Assembly: GCA_036489325.1 (NCBI GenBank)
Contig: DASXGB010000054.1
Coordinates: 1 to 60,288, forward strand
Direction of reading: 5' to 3'
DNA: 60,288 bases
From: Caulobacteraceae bacterium
Lineage (GTDB): Bacteria > Pseudomonadota > Alphaproteobacteria > Caulobacterales > Caulobacteraceae
Part shown: one piece after another, positions 1 to 10,793 of the stretch
How positions within the stretch are numbered: position 1 is the stretch's first letter
How the letters are laid out: each line of letters begins with the position of its first letter
Program-made: the position numbers and the translations under genes
The notes under the pieces: model-generated
Database searches by the model: none
Seen by the model: the letters and a program-made list of their open reading frames with translations, nothing else
What the model was told of the DNA's origin: nothing

Positions 1-287
1 TCGGCCGCACGGCTCACGTCAACGGCACCAATGGCACTGACCACGGAACCGCATCTACGGCATTGGTTCTCGGCGGCGCGCTGAGGCGCGGCGGGATCAT
101 CGGCGACTGGCCGACCTTAGAACAGGCCAGGTTGTTCGAGAGCCGCGACACCTATCCCACGCTCGACATGAGAGCCTTGTTCAAAGGCCTGCTGCGCGAT
201 CATCTTGGAATCGACCGGGCGGTCTTGGACCGATCCGTATTTCCTGAGAGCGCTCAGGTTGCGCCGGTTGAACGTCTGGTGATCTAA
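1..287 (+). CDS. DUF1501-family protein, C-terminal part (5' end outside the window)
   Basis: Frame from base 3 reads GRTAHVNGTNGTDHGTASTALVLGG...GDWPTL, matching the (EF)GRT...NG..GTDHG signature recalled for DUF1501; stop TAA at 285-287. Confidence 0.8.
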   Translation, partial: GRTAHVNGTNGTDHGTASTALVLGGALRRGGIIGDWPTLEQARLFESRDTYPTLDMRALFKGLLRDHLGIDRAVLDRSVFPESAQVAPVERLVI

Positions 288-1429
288 GGCGCGTAGATGG
301 CCCGTTCGAGAGTCTCAAAGAGGTCCAATACTTGCGGATCGGCGAAGGGCAGGATCTGGGAGAGAAGCACGCCGGCGATCCCCGAGGACGTGTCGAGCCA
401 ATAGTAGCAGTTGGCGAGACCGGCCCAGGCGCCAGAGCCCGATGAACGCCTGCCGGCGACCGGCGCCGGATTGATCATCATTCCAAGGCTCCAACGTTTC
501 AGCTGACCCGGCAGCGGGTCGAAGTCGCGAGTGAGCGCGACGTTGGATGAGACGATTGATCCGGCTTCAACGTCGCCGATTTGGTTCTCGAACAGGCTCG
601 CACGCGAAGCGCCGCTGAGGATCTCGCCATCCAGGAGAGCGCTCAACAGGCGTATGTAGTCGGATGCGGTCGAAAAGAGCGCCCCACCGCCGAGATTGAA
701 GTTGGGCGGCGGCGGCATCGCGAAATCGATCTTCACGCAGGAACCGTCTGCAAGTCGGGCGTGGACAGCGGCGGCGCGAGCAAGCTGTTGCGGGCTGCGA
801 ACGCAAGTCGTGTCCGACATGCCAAGCGGGCCGCAGATACGGCGCTGGAAAACCTGATCCAGGCTCTCGCCGCAGATTGCTTCGATGACAGCGCCGAGCC
901 AGTCAGTGCTGGCTCCGTAGAGCCACCCCTCGCCAGCCAGAAAACGCCTGGGCAGCAGGTGTCCTCTATCGGCCGGGAAGTGTTCTCGCTCGGCGAAGCG
1001 GGCCAGGTCCCGGTCCATGAATGGGTAGCCCAGTCCTGAGGTGTGGGTGAGCAGGTGCCAGACGGTTGGCGCATCCGTCGCGGCTTCGAGCTGTGGTTCT
1101 CCGCCAGCATCAAATCCGGTCAGGATCGGCAAGTCACCAAACTCTGGCCGGAGAGAAACGACGGTCTGATCGAGCGAGAGCCGGCCCTCGTCGACGAGTT
1201 GCAATGCGATGATCGAGGTCAGCAGCTTGGTGAGGGATGCGATCCAGAAGATTGTATCCGCTGACATCGGGGTTGGATCGTCGATCGAACGTCGACCACG
1301 GGTTACGGTAAGGGCTTCTCCGTCAGCAAGGCGGACCATGGCGACGACGCCCGGGACGCTGCTACTTTCCCATGCTTCGGCGAGCGCCTGTTCAACCATC
1401 GCAGCCGCCATGTCCGCGCTCCCCGTCAA
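284..1429 (-). CDS. Serine hydrolase, beta-lactamase/family VIII esterase fold
   Basis: FWIASLTK (SxxK), LLTHTSG, WLYG and W-A-G-L-A-N-C-Y-Y-W-L-D motifs; TTG start overlaps the upstream gene stop (TTGA). Confidence 0.85.
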   Translation of the reverse strand: MTGSADMAAAMVEQALAEAWESSSVPGVVAMVRLADGEALTVTRGRRSIDDPTPMSADTIFWIASLTKLLTSIIALQLVDEGRLSLDQTVVSLRPEFGDLPILTGFDAGGEPQLEAATDAPTVWHLLTHTSGLGYPFMDRDLARFAEREHFPADRGHLLPRRFLAGEGWLYGASTDWLGAVIEAICGESLDQVFQRRICGPLGMSDTTCVRSPQQLARAAAVHARLADGSCVKIDFAMPPPPNFNLGGGALFSTASDYIRLLSALLDGEILSGASRASLFENQIGDVEAGSIVSSNVALTRDFDPLPGQLKRWSLGMMINPAPVAGRRSSGSGAWAGLANCYYWLDTSSGIAGVLLSQILPFADPQVLDLFETLERAIYAP

Positions 1430-2559
1430 TCGGCGACCAGTGAATCCAGCCGCTCGACCGCCTCCAGGAATTCCTCTTTGAACGACTGCACCACCTGACC
1501 GGCGGAACGTACCGAATGGACCAGTCCCACGCCCTGCCCGACGAAATAGGTCACTAGGTCACGCGCCTTGTCGTTGCCCGCAGCGGCCGCGCGCTCCGCG
1601 GACCTCAGGGCATTCTCGCTGACCAGGCTCATCAGCGGCATAGGCAGGGCGCCGGGGCTGGCAGGGTCACGGTCCCACGCTTCGGTCCAGGCCGAACGAA
1701 GCTGCCGGGCCGGCTTCCCCGTTCGACAGCGGGTGCGCACCGCATCTCGCGAGCTGGCCTCGATCATCTTCTCGCGGAAGATCTCGCTGGTTTCGGATTC
1801 GATGGTGGCCAGCCAAACCGAGCCCGTCCAGGCGCCGGCTGCTCCCATGGCCATGCAGGCCGCCATCTGATGACCATTCATGATCCCGCCAGCGGCCAGC
1901 ACGGGCACATTGCGCACCGGTCTGATGGCTTCGATCACTTCGGGGACAAGAACGAGGGTCGAGACCTCGCCGCAATGTCCGCCCGCCTCCGAGCCCTGGA
2001 CGACCAGGATATCGACGCCCGCAGCGACCTGGCGCAAGGCGTGTTCCCTGGCCCCTACCAGGGCGGCCACCGGGACGCCGTGGCGCTTACCCTTTTCGAT
2101 CATCGATGGCGGCGGCACGCCCAGCGCGTTGGCGATGAGTCGGATCGGGAACTCGAAAGCCGCGTCAAGGACGTCGAGCGCGGTGGCCGGATCGAACGGT
2201 TGGGGTCGGGCGTCGCTGACTTCGACGTCCGCCATGGCGACGCCAGCTTTGCTCAAAAGGTCTTCAGCAAAGGCGGTGTGTTGCTCAGGGATCCGCGAGC
2301 GGAGGCTGTTGTAGGTGACATCCTTCTCGCCCGCGGTGGCCATATTCTCAGGGATGAGCACGTCGATTCCGAAGGGTTGGCCGCCAGCGTGTTCGGCGAT
2401 CCACGCGAGCTCCCGACGAACTGAATCGGGCGAGTGGGCGGTGGCGCCGAAGACCCCAAATCCGCCAGCGCGGCTCACGGCCGCCACGACATCGCGGCAG
2501 TGGCTGAAGGCCAGGAGGGGAAACTCGATCCCCAGCATGTCGCAGATGGCTGATTTCAT
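1426..2559 (-). CDS. Nitronate monooxygenase-family FMN oxidoreductase (NMO/FabK-like)
   Basis: VQGSEAGGHCG, VPVLAAGGI and GAAGAWTGSVW motifs; ATGA overlap with the upstream gene. Confidence 0.85.
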   Translation of the reverse strand: MKSAICDMLGIEFPLLAFSHCRDVVAAVSRAGGFGVFGATAHSPDSVRRELAWIAEHAGGQPFGIDVLIPENMATAGEKDVTYNSLRSRIPEQHTAFAEDLLSKAGVAMADVEVSDARPQPFDPATALDVLDAAFEFPIRLIANALGVPPPSMIEKGKRHGVPVAALVGAREHALRQVAAGVDILVVQGSEAGGHCGEVSTLVLVPEVIEAIRPVRNVPVLAAGGIMNGHQMAACMAMGAAGAWTGSVWLATIESETSEIFREKMIEASSRDAVRTRCRTGKPARQLRSAWTEAWDRDPASPGALPMPLMSLVSENALRSAERAAAAGNDKARDLVTYFVGQGVGLVHSVRSAGQVVQSFKEEFLEAVERLDSLVAD

Positions 2560-4094
2560 GCGCCGCTCCTCGGCTGGAATTCGCGGATGATCGAGCGGCC
2601 ATCGGCGTCAAGAGAAACCTGCACCCTGGCGCCCAGCGGCTCCTCGGACATCATCCGCCGCGCGATCTGATCGTCGTCCGGGTCTGTCCTTGCGACGAAG
2701 CGGTTGGCATCATCGAGGCGGCCGATAGCGACCCCGGCGGGCGGCTTTGCTGCGTGATCGATGGTATAGGTTTCGATCGTTCCCCATCCTGTCCCAGGAC
2801 CGGTTTCGGGCGCGGGCCAGGAATCGACTTCAGCCTGCAGAGCGACGCTGTCGAAGCCGTCCCACGCCTTGGGCTTCGCGCTGTAAACCCCCACCGAATA
2901 CTTGGACAGGAATCCGCCGTTGGCAGCGACCAGTCCGAACGCATCCGACCTCAGTCGCAACGCCCGTACCAGGGCCGCGATGGCGTGCATCGAATAGTTG
3001 TTGCCGGCGCCGCCGAAGAACGGAAGTCCACCGGTCATGGTCAGCGACCTCGGATCGTTGGGCGCAATGCCCAGACCGTCGCGAACATTGAACACCGCAA
3101 TTGGAAAGCAACTGTAGAAATCGAAGAGATCGATCTCTGCGAGCGTCAGTCCGGCAGAGCCTAGGGCGGCGCACACAGCCATGACGGCCGCAGGACTCTT
3201 GGAAAGATCCGCACGCTCCAGTGGCGTCCGCTCCCGAGCATCGGCGCCTCCGTGCAGGTAGATGAACCTGTTCTCCGGGACACCGAGCTCCCGCGCCAGG
3301 CCGACTGACGTCAGCAGCACGGCCGCGCCCTGGTTGGTCTGGTCCCGCGACACCACGCGCCGGGGAAACGGATCAGAAGTCATCCGGTTGGACGGCGTCA
3401 CGGTCGCAATATCCGCTACGGTGAGGATCTCCCGCGACATGGCGTGGGGGTTGCCTGCGGCCACCTCCGTGAATGGCGCGAAGAGCCGGCCCATTTCGAT
3501 CTGGTATTCCGTGCGCGAAAGGCCTTCCCGGCCCCGGCGCGCGTTCTCGAACAAGGCGTAAAGGCTGATCGCCGTCCGAGCGCCGTGCTTGGGCAGGTCG
3601 GATCCGGACAAGCTGTCGCCATAGCCGCGATCTTCGATCTCGCCACCGATCGTCTCGCTCCAGTCGCGCGTCTGGCCCGCGGCCATCAGATGTCGCTGGG
3701 AGGAAATCGCCTCTGCCCCGGCCAACAGGACCATACCCGCTTCGCCAGCGCCGATCGCATTGGCGAACTCATTGACAAGGTGCTGAGGACCTTGACCGCC
3801 TACCGGTTCGACGATCGCGCGCTCGGGGTCCGCCCCGATACGCCGGGCGATCGCTCGTGGAAAATTGTCCGCCCTTCCAAACGGCGCCACGGCCCGCGGA
3901 TGGGATGTTTCAAACTGGCGAACAGTCGCGATCACGTCGATGCGCTTCGCAAGCGCATCCACCGACAAAGCGTCGTCCAGAGCGGCGTGCGCCGCCTTCC
4001 CCGCCAGATCTGCAGGCGACAGGGCTTCGTACCCCTTCGCCTCGATCCGTTCGGAAGCCTCGCCGACGCCGATCAGCACCGGTGTCAAATCCAT
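2556..4094 (-). CDS. Thiolase-like protein (TLP1-type acetyl-CoA acetyltransferase family) with extra C-terminal domain
   Basis: N-terminal TPVLIGVG, DFYSCFP, LTMTGGLPFFGGAGNNYSMHAI and C-terminal GTIETYTI; SD AGGAGG upstream. Confidence 0.8.
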   Translation of the reverse strand: MDLTPVLIGVGEASERIEAKGYEALSPADLAGKAAHAALDDALSVDALAKRIDVIATVRQFETSHPRAVAPFGRADNFPRAIARRIGADPERAIVEPVGGQGPQHLVNEFANAIGAGEAGMVLLAGAEAISSQRHLMAAGQTRDWSETIGGEIEDRGYGDSLSGSDLPKHGARTAISLYALFENARRGREGLSRTEYQIEMGRLFAPFTEVAAGNPHAMSREILTVADIATVTPSNRMTSDPFPRRVVSRDQTNQGAAVLLTSVGLARELGVPENRFIYLHGGADARERTPLERADLSKSPAAVMAVCAALGSAGLTLAEIDLFDFYSCFPIAVFNVRDGLGIAPNDPRSLTMTGGLPFFGGAGNNYSMHAIAALVRALRLRSDAFGLVAANGGFLSKYSVGVYSAKPKAWDGFDSVALQAEVDSWPAPETGPGTGWGTIETYTIDHAAKPPAGVAIGRLDDANRFVARTDPDDDQIARRMMSEEPLGARVQVSLDADGRSIIREFQPRSGA

Positions 4095-4273
4095 CCTGCC
4101 TCCTTAAGGTTCAATTTGGCGACCAGGAACCACCTGTGTCGAGTGTGACGTGGCGACAGGATGGCTGGACAGCTGCTGGCGCTTGGCGGGCCACGGGCGG
4201 CCCTGGACGTTACACCTCAGACAGACGGGAGTCGTGGCGGCCTAACGAACGTTCAATTTCCTGGCCTATTGGC

Positions 4274-5848
4274 TCATGACCCTGACGCACCGCCGTTGCG
4301 TTCGGCCAGACCCGTGAAGATGTCGAGTTGCAACTTCTTGAATTCCGGCCGAACGGCAGGGCCGCCGACACCGAACTCCATGACCGGGTCTGAGCCGGGT
4401 TTCACATCCGGCCACTCAGGGCCCCCTGCCGAGTCCGGGCGTCCCGTCTTGGCGAACGCGACCCAATAGGCATGCATGGCGCTGGCGATTGACTGATCCT
4501 CGGGCGTCGCGGCGGGAATTACGGCAATTCCCGCGAACTGCTGAGAGGGCGGTACGTGAATATCGACTTTGGTCAGACGGTCAAAGACATAGGCTATCTC
4601 CCAGCTGTGGCCCGCGCCCGGAACTTGATCGCGCACCGCCTTGGGCAGGTATGAGAAATAGTAGACCCAGGCCGGCGCGCCCGCCTTTACATCCTGGCGC
4701 GCTTCGAAACGATCCGGCTCAATCACCAGGCTGAGCGTGACGATATTCGCCGCCGCCTTAGCCGGATCCCCCCCGCCGAAAAGCGCCACTGCCTGGTCGC
4801 GATGGGCTCCGACACGGTCAAGCACTCGGTCGGGGTTTTTGAGAACGTCCAGCGTGAGGCTGGCCTCGAAGCTGTTGCCGCCAAAGATGGCCGGCACGCG
4901 CGCCTGATCCCCCCTTTCGAAGGCCTGGACCACAGTCTCCCGGGCGACAACGCCGTCGATGATCGGTCCGATGCGCGTCGTGGAGAGAATTCCGGGCGGG
5001 TTGTTGACGAGGTTCTCCGCGGGAAGCGCGCGAAGCGCTGCCGCGGCCGCCGTGTCCTCCCCGGTGATCCCATTCGCCTTCGCGAAAGCAGTGCCCTGAA
5101 TTCGGGCGAGCTCGAGGGCGGTCCCGGCGCTGCGGGCGAATCCTGATTCCGAGATGGCCTTCTCGAACAGCCCGCGTGCGGCGGTTGAGGTGATCAGGTA
5201 GTTGACGCTCATGGCGCCGGCAGACTCGCCGAATATGGTGACGTTCGCCGGATCGCCGCCAAAGCCGCCGATGTTAGCCCTCACCCATTTCAGCGCTGCG
5301 ATCTGATCCATCAGTCCGAAGTCGGCCAAGGGGCCGTCCGAATCCTTTCCGGCCAGAGCGGGGTGGGCAAAGAAGCCGAGCCTTCCGAGGCGATAGTTGA
5401 GGGTGACCAGGACCACGCCATCACGGACAAACGACGTCCCGTTGAAACGGACGCCCGAGCCGCCCGTGAAACCTCCGCCATGGATCCAGACCATGACCGG
5501 CAGAGGTTTCGCGGGCTTAACGGCCGGCGTCCAGACATTCAGGGAAAGGCAGTCCTCACTCTCGGCCGCCGGCGGCTGGCCCGGTTGCATGCAGACTGGA
5601 CCGGGCTTTGTGGCGTCCCGGATTCCCGACCAAGCCGCCGGCGGACCCGGCGCGCGCCAACGCAGGTCGCCCACAGGCGGCGCCGCATAGGGGATGCCCC
5701 TAAAGATCACGGCGCCATCCTCGACAGAGCCCTTCAAAGCGCCCTGTTTGATGAGAACCTGGTCGGGCCCGGCTTGGGCGTGGGCGATCGGAACTGATAG
5801 AGCGACGGCCGCCGCGATCGTCGCAAGCCGAACAATCTTGACACGCAC
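4274..5848 (-). CDS. Exported type-B carboxylesterase/lipase
   Basis: Signal peptide ending AHA-Q; FRGIPYA, SEDCLSLNVW, WIHGGG, GESAG nucleophile elbow and GAGHSWEI His motif. Confidence 0.9.
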   Translation of the reverse strand: MRVKIVRLATIAAAVALSVPIAHAQAGPDQVLIKQGALKGSVEDGAVIFRGIPYAAPPVGDLRWRAPGPPAAWSGIRDATKPGPVCMQPGQPPAAESEDCLSLNVWTPAVKPAKPLPVMVWIHGGGFTGGSGVRFNGTSFVRDGVVLVTLNYRLGRLGFFAHPALAGKDSDGPLADFGLMDQIAALKWVRANIGGFGGDPANVTIFGESAGAMSVNYLITSTAARGLFEKAISESGFARSAGTALELARIQGTAFAKANGITGEDTAAAAALRALPAENLVNNPPGILSTTRIGPIIDGVVARETVVQAFERGDQARVPAIFGGNSFEASLTLDVLKNPDRVLDRVGAHRDQAVALFGGGDPAKAAANIVTLSLVIEPDRFEARQDVKAGAPAWVYYFSYLPKAVRDQVPGAGHSWEIAYVFDRLTKVDIHVPPSQQFAGIAVIPAATPEDQSIASAMHAYWVAFAKTGRPDSAGGPEWPDVKPGSDPVMEFGVGGPAVRPEFKKLQLDIFTGLAERNGGASGS

Positions 5849-5949
5849 GAGCGGCCCCCTTCTCCCTGAAATGCGTCAGCCGCCATTAGCCGACTGGGCC
5901 GCGGTTGACATGCTTGTTCGCGCGGCTGGCCGCATTTTCCGAGAGAATC

Positions 5950-6747
5950 ATGGCCGCACCGTCACAAGCCGGACGCCTCGCCCCAATCACCCGGCGTGCT
6001 GCACTACTGGGGTTCCTCGCCCTGCCATCACTCGCCAGGGGTCAGAATGAACCGCTCGTCATCGTTTTCGCAGACGTTTCCCTCAAGGACGCGCTGAACA
6101 AGGCCGGCTTTATCTATGTCGCCCAGACGCTGCATCCGGTCCGCTTGTCATATGGATCGTCCTCGGCGTTGGCGCGCCAGATCGAACAGGGCGTCCCGGC
6201 CGACGTTTTCATCTCCGCCAGTGTCGATTGGATGGACTATCTGGCGAAGAAGCAGCTGATCATCGCCTCGACGCGGCGAGACCTCTTCAGCAATCATCTG
6301 GCGCTGATTGCTCCCGCCAAGTCCAAGTCATCTTTGAAAATTGGCTCGAAGATGCCGATCCTCCGGGCTCTCGGCAATCGGCGCCTGGCGATGACGGGCC
6401 CAGATGAACCGGCCGGTCTGTATGGCCAGGCGGCGCTCACAAAGCTCGGTGTCTGGGATCAGGTGAAGGATCATATCGCTCCAGCGGAAAACGTCCGGGC
6501 GGCGCAGAACGCTGTTGTGAGCGGCGAGGCTCCTCTCGGGATCGTCTACGAGACCGATGCCAAGATCGAGCGAGGGGTCAGGATCGTTGGGCTCTTTCCT
6601 GACTCCAGCCATCCGCCGATCATCTATCCTGGGGCAGTGCTAACCGGCTCGAGAAACCCCAACGCGGCAAACTTCCTCCAGTCCCTGACGTCGCCACTAG
6701 AGGCGAATCCAATTCGCGGTTTCGGTTTCAAAATCCTGAAAGGATGA
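5950..6747 (+). CDS. modA: Molybdate ABC transporter periplasmic binding protein
   Basis: SSSALARQIEQGVPADVFISA, PAGLYG, ENVRAA, GIVYETD and HPPIIYP motifs; ATG at 5950 preferred over the track's TTG at 5905. Confidence 0.85.
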   Translation: MAAPSQAGRLAPITRRAALLGFLALPSLARGQNEPLVIVFADVSLKDALNKAGFIYVAQTLHPVRLSYGSSSALARQIEQGVPADVFISASVDWMDYLAKKQLIIASTRRDLFSNHLALIAPAKSKSSLKIGSKMPILRALGNRRLAMTGPDEPAGLYGQAALTKLGVWDQVKDHIAPAENVRAAQNAVVSGEAPLGIVYETDAKIERGVRIVGLFPDSSHPPIIYPGAVLTGSRNPNAANFLQSLTSPLEANPIRGFGFKILKG

Positions 6748-6859
6748 GGTTTGGTCGTGGGTCCAACGCCCATGGTCGATATCCACTCAGCGCGCTCGCA
6801 GCGGCCGCGCTTGTAGTCGCAGGTCGTCCGGTTCGGAGAGTTTCCGCGGTCGGATAGGC

Positions 6860-7042
6860 CTAGTCTTCCTTCGGCGTCAGGACCTGCCGGCCTTTGTAGA
6901 GACCCGTCTTGAGATCCACGTGGTGCGGGCGACGCAGTTCCCCGGTATCTTGGTCCTCGATGTAGCTGTTGGCGGAGAGCGCATGGTGGGCGCGCCGCAT
7001 GTTGCGCCGCGAAGGCGAGACTTTGCGCTTGGGGACGGCCAT
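6860..7042 (-). CDS. rpmF: 50S ribosomal protein L32
   Basis: [19 protein letters not shown]...[21 protein letters not shown], 60 aa; ATG at 7042 lies inside the longer track ORF. Confidence 0.97.
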   Translation of the reverse strand: MAVPKRKVSPSRRNMRRAHHALSANSYIEDQDTGELRRPHHVDLKTGLYKGRQVLTPKED

Positions 7043-7109
7043 GGGAAATACTTCTTCGAGGTCAGCTGGATCGCAGAGCGGCGCTCTATGCCGGAATTGC
7101 GTCCCCTCT

Positions 7110-7442
7110 TCAACCCGCTGAATGCAGCCGCTTAGGCGCGACGCCAACCCACGCCATCCGCAGCAACATGCCGGCCGTCTCCGCGTCGATGCGCTCAAAA
7201 TCGACAAACGTCGAACCCTTGCGGCCCCAATAGCCTGACACGGGAGCGATGACCCCGGGATTCGCCTCAGAGAGGTTATGCTGGTCTTCGCGATCGAGCT
7301 TGACCATTAGTCGCGGTGGATCGGACCGTAGCGTCGCGAAGATCTTGCCCGCGACCCGGAAGGACGGAAACCCGTGGTGATCCACTTCGATAGCCCCCGG
7401 TAAGGAGAGAGCTAAGGCGCGGATTTCGGCGCAATCCGACAT
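7110..7442 (-). CDS. MmcQ/YjbR-family DNA-binding protein
   Basis: ALSLPGA...[17 protein letters not shown]...YWGRKG...AW...APKRL pattern. Confidence 0.8.
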   Translation of the reverse strand: MSDCAEIRALALSLPGAIEVDHHGFPSFRVAGKIFATLRSDPPRLMVKLDREDQHNLSEANPGVIAPVSGYWGRKGSTFVDFERIDAETAGMLLRMAWVGVAPKRLHSAG

Positions 7443-7555
7443 CGATCCATGCTGAGACAGGTAGGCTGAGACCGCAAGCCTACCCGAATTGGCTCAGCCC
7501 CGCCGTCGGTGGGCGTCCGGCGGCGCTGAAGACCCTGGGCCTCCCAGCCGGACCT

Positions 7556-9199
<1,644 letters not shown>

Positions 9200-9251
9200 T
9201 CAGAATACCACCGATTCGCGGCCCGGCTAGCGGCGAGGCTTGCCGTCTAAG

Positions 9252-9815
9252 TTATTGGGGCGAGGCCGAGTTCGTCGCGCTTCCGCCGATCGGCGGCAAC
9301 GCCAAGGACGGATTGGGCTGGGCAATCGGCGCCGTGATGATGGTCGGGGGCGCCGAAGGATTGGCTGTCCGTTTCGCCGGTTGCGCCGGATGGGCCGGCT
9401 GCGGATGCGCCGTAGCGCCAACGGGCGGCAGGGTCAGCGTGGAAGGCGCCGACTGGGTCGAGACAGGCGCCGGCGGGGCCGTTGGTGAGGTTGTCGAGGG
9501 CGCCGGCGGCGTTTGTCGGAGGATCTGCTCTGGATTGACCGTGACGCCTTTCAGCCGGTTGAGGATCGCCTGCGAAGATCGTTCGCGGCCGCCAATCAGC
9601 GTCAGCGCCAGGCTGAAGACCAGAAACAGGCTGAACAAAACCCATGTCGTCCGCGTGAGCAGGTCACCAGCGCCCCGCGCCGTCACAAGACCCGTGGGGC
9701 CGCCAGTACCAAACGCGCCGCCTTCAGAGCGCTGCATCAGCACCACGCCGATCAGCAGCAGGCAGACGATCATATTGAGAACGAGCAGAAGGTCGAAGAG
9801 TAGGTCTTGAGACAT
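9252..9815 (-). CDS. secG: Preprotein translocase subunit SecG with Pro/Ala/Thr-rich tail
   Basis: Two hydrophobic helices flanking VLMQRSEGG...ARGAGDLLTRTT; lies between tpiA and pyrG. Confidence 0.93.
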   Translation of the reverse strand: MSQDLLFDLLLVLNMIVCLLLIGVVLMQRSEGGAFGTGGPTGLVTARGAGDLLTRTTWVLFSLFLVFSLALTLIGGRERSSQAILNRLKGVTVNPEQILRQTPPAPSTTSPTAPPAPVSTQSAPSTLTLPPVGATAHPQPAHPAQPAKRTANPSAPPTIITAPIAQPNPSLALPPIGGSATNSASPQ

Positions 9816-9894
9816 GGATGGGTATGTGGGGATGAAGTCCGCTGCGGAAAGCGGGCGCTCTTATCATCACCGCCGGATGCGCGCCAGCGCCGGC

Positions 9895-10644
9895 TCAGAT
9901 CGCCGCAAGAATGGACGTGAAGCTGGCTGCGGTCAGAGACGCCCCGCCGACCAGAGCGCCTCCGACCTCTCGGGCCTTGAGAATCTCACCCGCGTTGTCC
10001 CCCTTCACCGAGCCGCCATAGAGGATGGGAACACCGCTTCCAGTCTCACCGAATCTCTTTTCCAAGATTTTGCGGATGGCGATGTGCATGGCCTCGATCT
10101 CTTCCTGCGACGGCGTCAGGCCAGACCCAATGGCCCAGATGGGTTCGTAAGCCACCGCGAATAGGTGAGTGGCGAGCCCCGGCGGTAGTGACGCCTCTAC
10201 CTGACCGCAGACCAGGCCAACCGCATGACCATTCCGCCGCTCTTCGAGGGTCTCGCCGACGCACACAATCGGCTCCAACCCAGCCACCGCCGCCATTTGG
10301 GCCTTGGCCGCCACATCCGCGTCTCTCTCCCCGTGTTTCGCCCGCCGCTCGGAATGGCCAACGATCACCAACCCCGCGCCTGCGTCGAGGAGCATGTCGG
10401 CCGAAATATCGCCTGTGAAAGCCCCGTATTTTTCGGGACTGCAGTCCTGAGCGCCGATTTCGACGCCGGTGCCCGCCAGCGCTTCCGCCATCCTGTCGAG
10501 CAGGGTCGCAGGGGGACAGAGGGCGACGCGCGCGCCCACCGGGTGAGCCTCAAGCCAGGAGGCGATCGCTCTGGCTTCGGAAAGTGAGTCTTCCAGGCCG
10601 TTCATCTTCCAGTTGCCGGCAATGATCCTGCGGGGCGTTGTCAA
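9895..10644 (-). CDS. tpiA: Triosephosphate isomerase
   Basis: AGNWKMN, GHSERR, AYEPIWAIG, LYGGSV and LVGGASL motifs. Confidence 0.99.
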   Translation of the reverse strand: MTTPRRIIAGNWKMNGLEDSLSEARAIASWLEAHPVGARVALCPPATLLDRMAEALAGTGVEIGAQDCSPEKYGAFTGDISADMLLDAGAGLVIVGHSERRAKHGERDADVAAKAQMAAVAGLEPIVCVGETLEERRNGHAVGLVCGQVEASLPPGLATHLFAVAYEPIWAIGSGLTPSQEEIEAMHIAIRKILEKRFGETGSGVPILYGGSVKGDNAGEILKAREVGGALVGGASLTAASFTSILAAI

Positions 10645-10793
10645 CGGCGAGACCTCCGATCACGAGACGGGCGAAACCCGGCTAAGGCGCCGGTCGGTTC
10701 CTGTCACCTGCGCTTGCTCCAAGCGTCGCGCGTCAACTATACCGCCCCATCTCCAGGGCCAGGTTTGCGGCCGGCCATCTCAAGACAGGGAAG

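Noticed and set aside
284-1429. Beta-lactamase resistance gene
   Set aside because: It has the fold signature but no signal peptide and sits in a catabolic operon; an esterase-like function is more plausible.
9252-9530. Pro/Ala/Thr-rich SecG tail
   Set aside because: Low-complexity C-terminal tails are common in alphaproteobacterial SecG.
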